A stretch of DNA of 64,000 nt from an uncultured Actinomyces sp. (GCA_938041695.1 CALISI010000031.1:3987-67986); one strand, 5' to 3'; shown: positions 23,315 through 33,039, counted from the stretch's first letter. Numbers and translations are program-made. The notes: generated by a model not told the origin, from the sequence alone.

Positions 23315-25399
23315 TCACGAACGAGCGGCCTCGATGGATTCCTTCGCAGCCGCGGTCACGTGCTCGGCGTCGATGCCGTACTCCTTGAAGAGCGCCTCGC
23401 CCGGCGCGGACGCGCCGAAGTGCTCGATGGAGACTGCGCGACCGGCATCGCCGATCCAGCGGTACCAGGGCAGCGCGATGCCTGCCTCGACGGAGACGCG
23501 AGCGCGCACCGACGGGGGCAGGACGGAGTCGCGGTACTCTGGGTCCTGGGCCTCGAACCAGTCGAGGCACGGCACGGATACGACACGCGCGGCGATGCCC
23601 TCGGCGGCCAGGCTCTCACGCGCCTCGAGGGCGACGCAGACCTCGGAGCCGGAGGCCAGCAGGATCACGTCGGGCGTGCCCTCGGTGTCGGCCAGGACGT
23701 AGGCGCCGCGCGCGAGATCCTTCGTGGTGGCCAGATCGGTGCCTTCGCCACGTGCCGGGTTAGGCAGGTTCTGGCGGGACAGGACGATGGCGGCCGGGTG
23801 CGACTGCTCGAGAATGGCCTTCCAGGAGGCGGCCGTCTCAGCTGCGTCGGCGGGACGCACGACCGCGAAGTTCGGGATCGCGCGGTAGGAGGCGAGGTGC
23901 TCGATCGGCTGGTGTGTCGGGCCGTCTTCTCCGACGCCGATGGAGTCGTGGGTCCACACGTAGGTGACAGGCAGATCCATGAGGGCGGCGAGGCGCACCG
24001 CGCCGCGCATGAAGTCGGAGAACACGAAGAACGTGCCGCCGTAAGCGCGGGTGAAGCCGTCGGCGGCGATACCGTTGAGCGCGGCGCCCATCGCGAATTC
24101 GCGCACGCCAAAGTGGAGGTTACGGCCGAACTCGTTGCCGCTGAAGGCAGACGAGGAACGGTGCGCGGGCAGGAACGAGGGCTCGCCCTTCAGGAACGTG
24201 TTGTTCGAGCCGGCGAGGTCGGCGGAACCGCCCCACAGTTCGGGCAACACCGGAGCGATCGCGTTGAGGACCTGGCCGGAGGCAGCGCGGGTCGCGATGG
24301 CCTTGCCCTCTTCGAAGGTGGGCAGCGCGGCCTCCCAGCCCTCGGGCAGGCGGCCTTCGAGGAGGCGCTCAAGCAGGTCAGCCTGCTCGGGGTGCGCGGC
24401 CTTCCACCCCTCGAAGCGGGCGTCCCAGTCCTTGCGGTATTCGGCTGCGCGAGCGGCCGCGCGGGCGCGGACCTCGTCGACGAGCGCGGAATCAGCGTCG
24501 AACATCTTCTCGGGATCGGCGCCCAGCGCCTCCTTGAAACCCTTCAGTGCTTCGGAGCCGAGCTTGGAACCGTGAATACCGCCGGTGTTCTGCTTGCCGG
24601 GGGTCGGCCAGCCGATGATGGTGCGCAGCGCGATGAGCGAGGGCTTCCTCGTCTCGGCCTTGGCGGCGTCGAGGGCGTCGTTCAGGGCTGCCGTGTTCTC
24701 CTCGTAGGAGCCATCCTCGCCGAGCCAGTCGACGCGCTGGACGTGCCAGCCGTAGGCCTCGTAGCGGGCCAGGACATCCTCGTTGAAAGCGATCGACGTG
24801 TCGTCTTCGATGGAGATGTGGTTGTCGTCCCAGATGACGGTAATGTTGCCGAGCTCCTGGGTGCCTGCGAGGGAGGAAGCCTCAGCGGAGACGCCCTCTT
24901 CGAAGCAGCCATCGCCAGCGATGACGTAGACGTTGTGGTCGAAGACGGACTCACCGAGCGGGGTCTCGGGATCCAGCAGGCCGTGGACGCGGCGGGCATT
25001 CATGGCGAAGCCGACGGCGGAGGCGATGCCGGTACCCAGCGGGCCGGTCGTGATTTCGACGCCCTTGGTGTGGCCGTACTCGGGGTGGCCGGGGGTCAGG
25101 GAGCCAGCGGTGCGCAGCTTCTTGATGTCATCAAGTTCGAGCCCGAAGCCCGAGAGGTAGAGCTGGACGTACTGGGTCAGCGAGGAGTGGCCGGCCGAGA
25201 GGATGAAACGGTCGCGTCCGATCCAGCGTGGGTCGGCAGGATCGACGTTCATGACCTTGTTGTAGAGGAGGTAGGCGGCGGGGGCGAGCGAGATCGCAGT
25301 ACCGGGGTGGCCCGATCCTGCCTGCTCGACGGCGTCGGCGGCGAGGAGCTTAGCGGTCTTGACCGCTTCGTCATCAATGTGATCCCAGTGAAGTGACAC
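23315..25399 (-). CDS. tkt: transketolase
   Basis: SGHPGTA, GDGCFEEGVS and the TPP/pyrimidine-binding domains are present. I set the start at GTG 25399 (VSLHWDHIDD), after GGAGA. Confidence 0.95.
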   Translation of the reverse strand: MSLHWDHIDDEAVKTAKLLAADAVEQAGSGHPGTAISLAPAAYLLYNKVMNVDPADPRWIGRDRFILSAGHSSLTQYVQLYLSGFGLELDDIKKLRTAGSLTPGHPEYGHTKGVEITTGPLGTGIASAVGFAMNARRVHGLLDPETPLGESVFDHNVYVIAGDGCFEEGVSAEASSLAGTQELGNITVIWDDNHISIEDDTSIAFNEDVLARYEAYGWHVQRVDWLGEDGSYEENTAALNDALDAAKAETRKPSLIALRTIIGWPTPGKQNTGGIHGSKLGSEALKGFKEALGADPEKMFDADSALVDEVRARAAARAAEYRKDWDARFEGWKAAHPEQADLLERLLEGRLPEGWEAALPTFEEGKAIATRAASGQVLNAIAPVLPELWGGSADLAGSNNTFLKGEPSFLPAHRSSSAFSGNEFGRNLHFGVREFAMGAALNGIAADGFTRAYGGTFFVFSDFMRGAVRLAALMDLPVTYVWTHDSIGVGEDGPTHQPIEHLASYRAIPNFAVVRPADAAETAASWKAILEQSHPAAIVLSRQNLPNPARGEGTDLATTKDLARGAYVLADTEGTPDVILLASGSEVCVALEARESLAAEGIAARVVSVPCLDWFEAQDPEYRDSVLPPSVRARVSVEAGIALPWYRWIGDAGRAVSIEHFGASAPGEALFKEYGIDAEHVTAAAKESIEAARS

Positions 25400-25526
25400 G
25401 GTGGTCTCCAGGTGTTGGGCCCCAGCGTTGGGGCGGGAATGGTTTACCGCGTCACAGTCTAGCGAAAATGTGCGCATGCCGATAGCGCTCACGCACATAT
25501 GTTGCACAGTCGCTTACTCTGTCACC

Positions 25527-26474
25527 ATGACCTCTCTGGAAGCTCTCGTGCGCGACTGGGTGGACTATCTGCGCGTTGAAAAGGGGGCATCTGCGCATAC
25601 AGTTTCAAACTATCGTAGAGATGCCAGCCGGTATGCGTTTGACATGAAGAGCCGAGGGAAAAACGATGTCGGGGACGTGAGTGTGCGCGACATCGAAGAC
25701 TACATGATGCGGCTGGCATCCGGATCGGTCACGGGGAAAGCTGCGGCAGCGTCGTCCGTAGCGCGCGCGTCGGCCGCTATCCGAGGGCTGCATAAGTACG
25801 CGCTGACGGAGGGGGTTGTCGCGACGGATGTCGCTGCCCAGCTGCATGCCCCCCGTCAGGGGCGTCACCTGCCCAAGGCTCTCTCGGTCGACGAGGTGGG
25901 ACGGCTGCTTGATGCCGCTCACACCGACGATTCACCCATCGGCCTTCGTGATGCGGCGTTGCTCGAACTCCTGTATGCCACGGGTGCGCGCGTGTCTGAA
26001 GCGGTGTCCCTGAGCGCGGATGACCTTGATCTCGACGGCGATGTCCCCGTTGTGCGTCTGTTTGGCAAAGGACGCAAAGAGAGGATCGTTCCGGTCGGTT
26101 CTTTCGCTGTCGATGCGCTCCACGCATACAGTGTGCGTGCACGACCGGCACTGGCAGCACGAGGCAGGGGCAAGACGGCATTCTTTCTCAACTCCCGCGG
26201 CGGTGCGCTGTCTCGGCAGAGTGCATGGACGGCTATTCGGCGCGCGGCTCAGGCCGCTGATCTGGAGGATCGTATCTCTCCACATACGTTGCGGCATTCG
26301 TTCGCGACGCACCTGCTCGAGGGGGGCGCGAGCGTACGCGAAGTTCAGGAGCTTCTCGGACATGCGTCGGTCGCAACGACGCAGATCTACACCCAAGTGA
26401 CCGCACAAGCGCTGCGTGAGGTTTTCACCCTGTCGCACCCGCGGGCGCGTGGCACCGAGGCAACCGCGCGGTGA
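25527..26474 (+). CDS. xerD: site-specific tyrosine recombinase XerD
   Basis: The N-terminal SAM-like domain is YLRVEKGASAHTVSNYRRD. The catalytic region is ARVSE...HTLRHSFATHLLEGGASVREVQELLGHASVATTQIY. It sits upstream of parA-scpAB as in other actinobacteria. The ATG is at 25527. Confidence 0.85.
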   Translation: MTSLEALVRDWVDYLRVEKGASAHTVSNYRRDASRYAFDMKSRGKNDVGDVSVRDIEDYMMRLASGSVTGKAAAASSVARASAAIRGLHKYALTEGVVATDVAAQLHAPRQGRHLPKALSVDEVGRLLDAAHTDDSPIGLRDAALLELLYATGARVSEAVSLSADDLDLDGDVPVVRLFGKGRKERIVPVGSFAVDALHAYSVRARPALAARGRGKTAFFLNSRGGALSRQSAWTAIRRAAQAADLEDRISPHTLRHSFATHLLEGGASVREVQELLGHASVATTQIYTQVTAQALREVFTLSHPRARGTEATAR

Positions 26475-26491
26475 TGAATTAGGATGGGGGC

Positions 26492-27355
26492 GTGACCACG
26501 AACTCGCATCCTACGCTGACGCCCGACCTGCGCGACGAGCCGGTCGATTTCCCTGTGCCCGCGCCGCTATCGGGGCACGGTCCCGCTCGCGTGATCGCGA
26601 TGTGCAATCAGAAGGGTGGCGTCGGCAAGACGACGACGACCATCAATCTGGGTGCCGCCCTGGCTGAATATGGGCGACGGGTCTTGATCGTGGACTTTGA
26701 TCCCCAGGGTGCCGCCTCCGTCGGCCTGGGCATTAATGCGCTCGACATGGAGCAGACGATCTACACGCTGCTCATGAACCCGAAGGCGGACGTCAAGGCG
26801 ACGATCTGCCACACGTCGACGGAAAACCTCGATATTATTCCGGCAAACATTGACCTGTCTGCGGCTGAAGTGCAGCTCGTCAATGAGGTTGCCCGCGAGA
26901 GCGCGCTGGCCCGTGTCCTCCGGCACGTCGAAGCCGATTATGATGTGGTTTTGATCGACTGTCAGCCGTCCCTCGGTTTGCTCGCGGTCAACGCCCTGAC
27001 CGCGGCTCATGGTGTGATCGTGCCGGTGGAGGCGGAGTTCTTTGCGTTGCGTGGCGTCGCGCTGCTCGTCGAGACCATCGAGACGGTGCGTGATCGCATT
27101 AACCCGCGTCTCAAGATTGACGGCATCGTCGCCACGATGGTTGACTCGCGCACGCTGCATTCGCGCGAGGTCCTCCAGCGCCTGCAGGAGGCATTCGGCG
27201 ACCTCGTGTTTGATACGCGCATCGGCCGCACCATCAAGTTTCCGGATGCGTCTGTGGCGACCGAGCCGATCACCTCCTATGCTCCCAACCATGCGGGTGC
27301 ACACGCCTACCGTCGACTCGCGCGGGAAGTCATAGCCCGTGGCGACGCGGCCTGA
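26492..27355 (+). CDS. ParA/Soj family ATPase
   Basis: It has the deviant Walker A NQKGGVGKTTT. GTG start after AGGATGGGGG. Confidence 0.88.
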   Translation: MTTNSHPTLTPDLRDEPVDFPVPAPLSGHGPARVIAMCNQKGGVGKTTTTINLGAALAEYGRRVLIVDFDPQGAASVGLGINALDMEQTIYTLLMNPKADVKATICHTSTENLDIIPANIDLSAAEVQLVNEVARESALARVLRHVEADYDVVLIDCQPSLGLLAVNALTAAHGVIVPVEAEFFALRGVALLVETIETVRDRINPRLKIDGIVATMVDSRTLHSREVLQRLQEAFGDLVFDTRIGRTIKFPDASVATEPITSYAPNHAGAHAYRRLAREVIARGDAA

Positions 27356-28217
27356 GGGTCTCGAGGTCCAGGGGGAGTTTGACCTCTTCGCTGTGTCACT
27401 CCCCGTTTTCGAAGGCCCCTTCGATCTTCTCCTGTCCCTGATTGCCCGCAAAAAACTCGACATCACTGAGGTTGCACTCGCCCAGGTGACCGATGAGTTC
27501 ATCGCTTTCATGCAGGCGTCTCCGGACTTATCTCGTACGACGGAGTTCCTGGTTGTGGCGGCGACACTGCTCGACATGAAGGCGGCTCACCTACTGCCCG
27601 CCATTGACGAGGAGGACAACGCCTCGCAGGCCGATCTGGAGGCCCGTGATCTGCTGTTTTCCCGGCTTCTGCAGTATCGCGCGTTCAAGGAAGCAGCGAA
27701 GTATGTTGATCAGCGGATGGGGGAGTACGGCTCGTACGTCGCCAGGGACGTGCCCCTGGAGGCGCATTTTGCGACGCTTCTTCCCGAGCTGCGCTGGCTC
27801 ACGACCCCCCAAGACCTCGCGCGCCTCGCGGCCAATGCGCTGTCTGCCTCGGCACCGACGGTGCAGGTCACTCACCTGCATGACCCTGTCGTGCCCGTGC
27901 GCGAACAGGCGCTCGTCGTCAGTGCGATGCTGGCTGAGTCGGGTTCCATGACCTTCCATCAACTCGTTGAGGATGCCCAGACGCGTGCTGTCGTTGTCTC
28001 CCGCTTCCTTGCCCTCCTCGAGCTGTACCGGCGAGGCGCGGTCGAGTTCGATCAGGAGGAAGCGCTCGGGGCACTCACGATCCATTGGACGGGTACTCGA
28101 GAATGCATCGACATTGACGTGGATGACTACGCGGGTATGGACGACGCGGATACTGCCCCGGCCTCGTCCCGCAGTGGTGCACGATCCGAGAGCGAAGGAG
28201 ACAGCGGTGATGAGTGA
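27339..28217 (+). CDS. scpA: segregation and condensation protein A
   Basis: FEGPFDLLLSLIARKKLDITEVALAQVTDEF is the typical ScpA N-terminus. The GTG start overlaps the parA end, so the exact start is uncertain. Confidence 0.83.
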   Translation: MATRPEGLEVQGEFDLFAVSLPVFEGPFDLLLSLIARKKLDITEVALAQVTDEFIAFMQASPDLSRTTEFLVVAATLLDMKAAHLLPAIDEEDNASQADLEARDLLFSRLLQYRAFKEAAKYVDQRMGEYGSYVARDVPLEAHFATLLPELRWLTTPQDLARLAANALSASAPTVQVTHLHDPVVPVREQALVVSAMLAESGSMTFHQLVEDAQTRAVVVSRFLALLELYRRGAVEFDQEEALGALTIHWTGTRECIDIDVDDYAGMDDADTAPASSRSGARSESEGDSGDE

Positions 28218-28770
28218 ACACACAGTGCGCGGTGCCATCGAGGCGATCCTCATGGTGGCCTCCGAACCCGTTGGCACGTCCGAGCTCGCCGACGTCCTGG
28301 GAGTCAGTTCTGAAGAGGTTGACGCCGAACTGCGCGCGCTTGCTGCCGAGTACCTGGGCGAGGGGCAGGAATACCCGCGGGGCTTTGAGCTACGCGAGGT
28401 GGCGGGTGGCTGGCGCATCTATTCCGCTCGCGCATACGCCGATGTTGTCGGCCGATTCGTCGTCGGATCGTCTCACGCCCGCCTCTCGCAGGCGGCCCTG
28501 GAAACGTTGGCCGTCATTGCCTACCGTCAGCCGATTTCACGGACTCGGATCTCCCGTATCCGCGGGGTCAACGTGGATGGTGTCGTGCGTACCCTCATGG
28601 CACGAGGCCTCGTGGAAGAGACGGGACTGACACCCTCTGGCGCGCGCCTGTACGGGACGACCGGGGAGTTTCTTGAGAAAATGGGGCTAACGAGCCTGTC
28701 GGAGCTGGTACCGTTGGCACCCTACCTGCCAGACGCTGACGCGCTGGATGAATTGGAGGAAGAACTATGA
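28210..28770 (+). CDS. scpB: segregation and condensation protein B
   Basis: IEAILMVASEPV...LETLAVIAYRQPISRTRISRIRGVNVDGVVRTL. The ATG at 28210 overlaps the scpA stop. Confidence 0.88.
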   Translation: MSEHTVRGAIEAILMVASEPVGTSELADVLGVSSEEVDAELRALAAEYLGEGQEYPRGFELREVAGGWRIYSARAYADVVGRFVVGSSHARLSQAALETLAVIAYRQPISRTRISRIRGVNVDGVVRTLMARGLVEETGLTPSGARLYGTTGEFLEKMGLTSLSELVPLAPYLPDADALDELEEEL

Positions 28771-29516
28771 GGGCTAACCCCTACACCGAGGGTGGAGTGC
28801 GCCTGCAGAAGGTGCTCGCCCAGGCCGGCGTCGCATCTAGGCGTGCGTCCGAACAGATGATCGCCGATGGCCGGGTGAGTGTTGACGGCACCGTCGTGCG
28901 CAGCCAGGGCATCCGCGTCGACCCCGCGAAGCAGGTCATTCACGTGGATGGAGAGCGCCTGATCCTCGACGAGACCAAGCACATCGTCTTGGCCGTCAAC
29001 AAGCCGATTGGTACCGTGTCCACGATGAGCGATCCGGAGGGACGCCCGACGATCGCTGACCTCATCGCCGACTATCCGGAGCGCCTCTACCACGTGGGGC
29101 GCCTGGACATTGACACGTCCGGCCTGTTGCTGCTGACGAACGACGGCGAACTCGCGAACCGTTTGACCCACCCGTCGTACGAGATTCGCAAGACCTACGT
29201 GGCGCGTCTGCACGGCGAGGTCAAGCCGGGCGTGAAGCGCACGCTCATGAACGGAATCGAGCTGGAGGACGGCCCGATCAAGGTTGATTCCTTCCGCATC
29301 GTCGATACCTACGGCGACATCACGACCGTCGAAATCGTCGTGCATGAGGGTCGTAACCGCCTGGTGCGCCGCATGATGGAGGCTGTCGGGTACCCGGTGC
29401 GCGAGCTCGTGCGCACGGGCTTTGGACCTATCACGCTCGACCATCTCAAGCAGGGGACGACCCGACGCGTCAAGGGTAACGCACTGACTGCGCTGTACGG
29501 AGCCGTTGGACTGTGA
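28767..29516 (+). CDS. rluB: rRNA pseudouridine synthase (RsuA/RluB family, S4 domain)
   Basis: RLQKVLAQAGVASRR is the S4 domain and HVGRLDIDTSGLLLLTNDG is the catalytic Asp motif. There is an ATGA overlap with scpB. Confidence 0.85.
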   Translation: MRANPYTEGGVRLQKVLAQAGVASRRASEQMIADGRVSVDGTVVRSQGIRVDPAKQVIHVDGERLILDETKHIVLAVNKPIGTVSTMSDPEGRPTIADLIADYPERLYHVGRLDIDTSGLLLLTNDGELANRLTHPSYEIRKTYVARLHGEVKPGVKRTLMNGIELEDGPIKVDSFRIVDTYGDITTVEIVVHEGRNRLVRRMMEAVGYPVRELVRTGFGPITLDHLKQGTTRRVKGNALTALYGAVGL

Positions 29517-30715
29517 GCGGCGAGAGCGGGGTGCTCGGACAGCGAGTCGTATCGACTGTCGGTCCGGTTCTCATCGTCGGGTCGGGACTGCTTGGTGCGT
29601 CGCTTGGCCTCGCGCTGCGCGCCGGGGGAGTGCGCGTCTATCTCGAGGATGCCTCTCCCACATCGCTGCGTTTGGCCTGCGACGTGGGTGCAGGAGAGGC
29701 TTTTACCGACGTCCTCGCCGAGGCCGGGGTGCGCCGCTCCGGGTGTGGCTCGGATCGGCCAGGCTACGAATCCCCGCGTCTCGTTGTCGTCGCGACACCC
29801 CCGGATGTCGCCGACCACATCATCGTTGAGTCGCTGCAGCGCTTCCCCGATGCGATTGTCACCGACGTTGCGTCGGTGAAGGACGCCGTCGTCGCTGACG
29901 TCCTTGATGGATTGCGCTCTGAGGGGTGCCTTGACGCGGCGTCGCGCTACGTCGGCTCGCATCCGATGGCTGGCCGCGAGCGCAGCGGAGCCGGCGCAGC
30001 CGATGCGGACCTCTTCTACGGACGCCCGTGGGTGATCGTCGCTCACGAGACAACGTGGCCACGCGCGGTGCTGGCTGCGCGAGCCTTGGCAACTGACGTT
30101 GGTGCCGTGCCGCTCGAGATGAATGCTGGAACGCACGATCACGCGGTTGCGCTCGTGTCGCATGTTCCGCAGCTCGTGTCGTCGATGCTCGCCGCGCGCC
30201 TTGTCGATGCTCCCGCCCAGGCTCTCGGTTTAGCCGGTCAGGGATTACGCGATACCGCGCGTATCGCGGGTTCTGACCCTCGCCTCTGGACTGCCATCCT
30301 GGCGGGGAATGCAGGGCCCGTGGCATCGATTCTGCGCGATCTTCGAGGCGATCTCGATGATCTCCTTGCGCACCTGGATGCCGCCGCCGAGTTGGGGCCG
30401 CTGCGCGGCGGGAGCGTCGGAGCCATTAATCGCGTCATGACCGCAGGTAACCAGGGCGTTGCCCGCATTCCCGGCAAGCATGGCGGTGCCCCGTCGCGCT
30501 ACGCCGAAATTGAGGTTCTCATTCCTGACGAACCTGGTGCGCTTGGGCGACTCTTTAGCGAGCTCGGCGAGTCTGGAATCAACATTGAGGACCTCGTTCT
30601 CGAGCACTCAGCGGGTGCACAGGCTGGTGTTGCTCGTGTCATGATCGACCCCGCGGTTTCCGACCGCTGTGTCGCAGACCTGCAGGAGCGGGGCTGGCGA
30701 CTCATCACTCACTAG
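29513..30715 (+). CDS. tyrA: prephenate dehydrogenase
   Basis: It has a Rossmann fold (IVGSGLLGASLGLAL), the GSHPMAG motif and a C-terminal ACT-like domain. There is a GTGA overlap with rluB. Confidence 0.83.
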   Translation: MSGESGVLGQRVVSTVGPVLIVGSGLLGASLGLALRAGGVRVYLEDASPTSLRLACDVGAGEAFTDVLAEAGVRRSGCGSDRPGYESPRLVVVATPPDVADHIIVESLQRFPDAIVTDVASVKDAVVADVLDGLRSEGCLDAASRYVGSHPMAGRERSGAGAADADLFYGRPWVIVAHETTWPRAVLAARALATDVGAVPLEMNAGTHDHAVALVSHVPQLVSSMLAARLVDAPAQALGLAGQGLRDTARIAGSDPRLWTAILAGNAGPVASILRDLRGDLDDLLAHLDAAAELGPLRGGSVGAINRVMTAGNQGVARIPGKHGGAPSRYAEIEVLIPDEPGALGRLFSELGESGINIEDLVLEHSAGAQAGVARVMIDPAVSDRCVADLQERGWRLITH

Positions 30716-30740
30716 ATACCTCGATGAGGAGAATGCAGCA

Positions 30741-31472
30741 ATGAACGACTCGATGCGTCAGGATGCCATTTCGCGCGTCGGTATCACGATCGCTATCGAC
30801 GGCCCGGCGGGTTCCGGCAAGTCCACGGTCTCGAAGGCTCTGGCGGCGAGGCTCGGCATCGGGTACCTCGACACGGGCGCGATGTACCGTGCGCTCACGT
30901 GGTACTGCCTGGATCGCGGCATCGATTTGGCTGACAAAGCCGCAGTTGCGGCTGCGGCAAATGAGATGCCGCTGCGCTTGGTCTCTGACCCGTCGGATCC
31001 GCACGTGTGGGTGGGGGAGCGTGAGATCACCGAGGAGATCCGTGAACCGCGCATCGCCCTGGAGATCAAGCACGTGTCGACGAATCTTGATGTGCGCGCG
31101 TGGATGGCAGCGGAGCAGCGCAGGCGCATGATGGAAGCCCGAGAGCAGGGCTCCGGAATGATTGCGGAGGGGCGCGACATCACGACCGTGGTCTGCCCCG
31201 ACGCTGATGTCCGTATTCTTCTGCTCGCCGATCAGGAGGCACGCCTGCGTCGACGTACGCTCGAGCTGTACGGCGACGCGACCGAGGAGCACATGGAGAT
31301 CGTGCGCGCCCAGGTAGAGGGGCGAGACAAAGCGGACTCCGCGGTATCAGAGTTCATGGTCGCCGCACCCGGCGTCGCGACCGTTGATTCCACAGGCCTC
31401 GACATCGAGGGAGTGTGCGAGGCTGTTCTCGCCTACGTGGACGCGGACCTGGCGCGCCGTGACGTTCAGTAA
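30741..31472 (+). CDS. cmk: cytidylate kinase
   Basis: IAIDGPAGSGKSTVSKALA...YLDTGAMYR. The ATG at 30741 follows GAGGAG. Confidence 0.92.
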   Translation: MNDSMRQDAISRVGITIAIDGPAGSGKSTVSKALAARLGIGYLDTGAMYRALTWYCLDRGIDLADKAAVAAAANEMPLRLVSDPSDPHVWVGEREITEEIREPRIALEIKHVSTNLDVRAWMAAEQRRRMMEAREQGSGMIAEGRDITTVVCPDADVRILLLADQEARLRRRTLELYGDATEEHMEIVRAQVEGRDKADSAVSEFMVAAPGVATVDSTGLDIEGVCEAVLAYVDADLARRDVQ

Positions 31473-31484
31473 TACGCGCAAGTG

Positions 31485-31526
31485 CATGAGTGTGCCCCGC
31501 ACCTGTCGGTGCGGGGCACACTCATG
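31485..31526. terminator. bidirectional hairpin (18-bp perfect stem) between convergent cmk and a membrane-protein gene
   Basis: CATGAGTGTGCCCCGCAC-ctgtcg-GTGCGGGGCACACTCATG. Its 3' arm overlaps the stop codon of the minus-strand ORF. Confidence 0.8.
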
Positions 31527-32019
31527 TTCGCGTCAGTAACCCGGGTTGTTCTGTGCTTGCGAGCTTCCTCCGGAGGGTTGCGTACCCGTTCGCGGGGAAA
31601 GACCCGGGTGTGCCATGCCGTCCGGTGTAGGGATGCTTGTATGACCACGGCGGGCTGAATCCCGTATACCACGAGCGGCCGGGAGCCTCGGCGCCTTGAG
31701 GATATCCCGTTACTCCGTACTGGGGGCCGTTGACGCCGGTGTAGTTCGGCATGTCGTTAATATCCTTGCGCGCTCGTCGGTAGACGATCGCCTGGATGAT
31801 GCAGGCCGGTAACAAGATGACGAAGAAGACCCCGATCATGATGAGGACCGCGAGGGTGGCTGTGCAGATGAGACAGCACCTGGTGTTTCCTCCCAGCGTG
31901 ATCTGGCGGTCCAGCGCGATGGAGCGGTATAGGACCCCCGCCTCGTGTAGTCCGTGACGGAAGAATCGACGTGGACTCTGTTGTGTGGAGGATACTGACG
32001 ACTCGAGGTGTGCGCGCAC
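31522..32019 (-). CDS. hypothetical single-pass membrane protein with a Gly/Tyr/Pro-rich C-terminal tail
   Basis: 165-aa ORF. One strong TM segment (CCLICTATLAVLIMIGVFFVILLPACIIQAIV) is followed by YRRARK and a G/Y/P-rich tail. The tail contains GPQYGVTGYPQG, which is shared with the neighbouring gene. Start uncertain. Confidence 0.45.
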   Translation of the reverse strand: MRAHLESSVSSTQQSPRRFFRHGLHEAGVLYRSIALDRQITLGGNTRCCLICTATLAVLIMIGVFFVILLPACIIQAIVYRRARKDINDMPNYTGVNGPQYGVTGYPQGAEAPGRSWYTGFSPPWSYKHPYTGRHGTPGSFPANGYATLRRKLASTEQPGLLTRT

Positions 32020-32061
32020 CCGCTTCGCAGATCGTCGCGCGGTCCAGGCAGACGCGAGACG

Positions 32062-32625
32062 TCAGTAGCCGCTTCCGTACGGGCCATTTGCGCCGGACGA
32101 GGGGGAACCACCCTGCTGATTGCCGTAGTAGTTGCCATAGACGCCCGCCGGGTAGCCGCCTCCTGCTTGCATGGGACTGTTCATGGGAGCTCCATTCTGT
32201 GGATACTGGGCGCCACCATAGTTTCCGGCCGTCACTCCATACTGCGGTCCGCTGGGGCCGTTGTGATTCATCATCTGCGATTGACGGCCCCCGTTTCGGG
32301 AAGAAATGTATCGGTAGAGGAAATAGCCGCCGGCGAGCAAGGCGAAAATAATCAGGGAGATGAGGACAATTACCGGGTCATGGGAGGTCCTGCGTGACCG
32401 GAAACGTCGACGCGTTGGTGCTGGCGCCGATGAGCTTGCCTGCGCTGCATGACCGGTAGTTGCAACGCTTGAGGGGGTGCTCTGAGTGCTGACGATGACT
32501 GAGCTTGCCTGTGCTGACGATGCATCCCAGGTTCGGGCAGATGGCGCCGCGATACCCGTGAGAGCGAGTGCGAGGGAAGCTGAGATTGTCAGGAGGCGAC
32601 GGGTAGCCATAAGAGGTACTCCCAC
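32062..32625 (-). CDS. hypothetical membrane protein: N-terminal hydrophobic/signal-like segment, Ser/Thr/Ala-rich region, TM helix, Gly/Tyr/Gln/Asn-rich tail
   Basis: 187-aa ORF. Segments in order: MATRRLLTISASLALALTGIAAPSA, then SAQASS-type repeats, then the TM helix VIVLISLIIFALLAGGYFLY, then a tail with GPQYGVTAGNYGGAQYPQNG...GNYYGNQQGG. Confidence 0.55.
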   Translation of the reverse strand: MGVPLMATRRLLTISASLALALTGIAAPSARTWDASSAQASSVIVSTQSTPSSVATTGHAAQASSSAPAPTRRRFRSRRTSHDPVIVLISLIIFALLAGGYFLYRYISSRNGGRQSQMMNHNGPSGPQYGVTAGNYGGAQYPQNGAPMNSPMQAGGGYPAGVYGNYYGNQQGGSPSSGANGPYGSGY

Positions 32626-32774
32626 GATGCTTGTTGTCGGTAGATAAATATCAGTGTAATCGCGTAGATACTGGAGGACTGCTTGTTCCGTGTGGCGATA
32701 CGTGCACGCAGTCGCAGAAGATGGGGTGCGTGTTCTCGTCCGGTGGTGGTGTGTCGTGGCGCACGCCTGTCGGC

Positions 32775-32804
32775 TTGCTTCCTGATCGTAGGGTGCGCTA
32801 TAGT
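32775..32804 (+). promoter_or_regulatory. candidate sigma-70-type promoter for tRNA-Pro
   Basis: TTGCTT, an 18-nt spacer, then TATAGT. The element ends about 30 nt upstream of the tRNA 5' end. This is pattern-based only. Confidence 0.35.
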
Positions 32805-32835
32805 TCTACAGGTCGCTACGGCGGCGAACTAAATA

Positions 32836-32909
<74 letters not shown>

Positions 32910-32917
32910 CGAGAAAG

Positions 32918-32946
32918 CCGTGAGGGAGTTTTCCTCACGGTTTTTT
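32918..32946 (+). terminator. intrinsic terminator after tRNA-Pro
   Basis: CCGTGAGG-gagtttt-CCTCACGG followed by TTTTTT. Confidence 0.85.
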
Positions 32947-33015
32947 GTATGCCTCGCCCCCCTGGTCTGCGGTGTTTTTCGCGGAAGGGACCTCCGTCCT
33001 GACAGGTGTGACCAC

Positions 33016-33039
33016 TCACATTTTGTAACCGAAATGTGA
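33016..33039. repeat. AT-rich inverted repeat TCACATTT-N8-AAATGTGA in non-coding DNA
   Basis: Perfect 8-nt arms. It lies in the roughly 450-nt lower-GC non-coding stretch downstream of tRNA-Pro. Confidence 0.6.
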
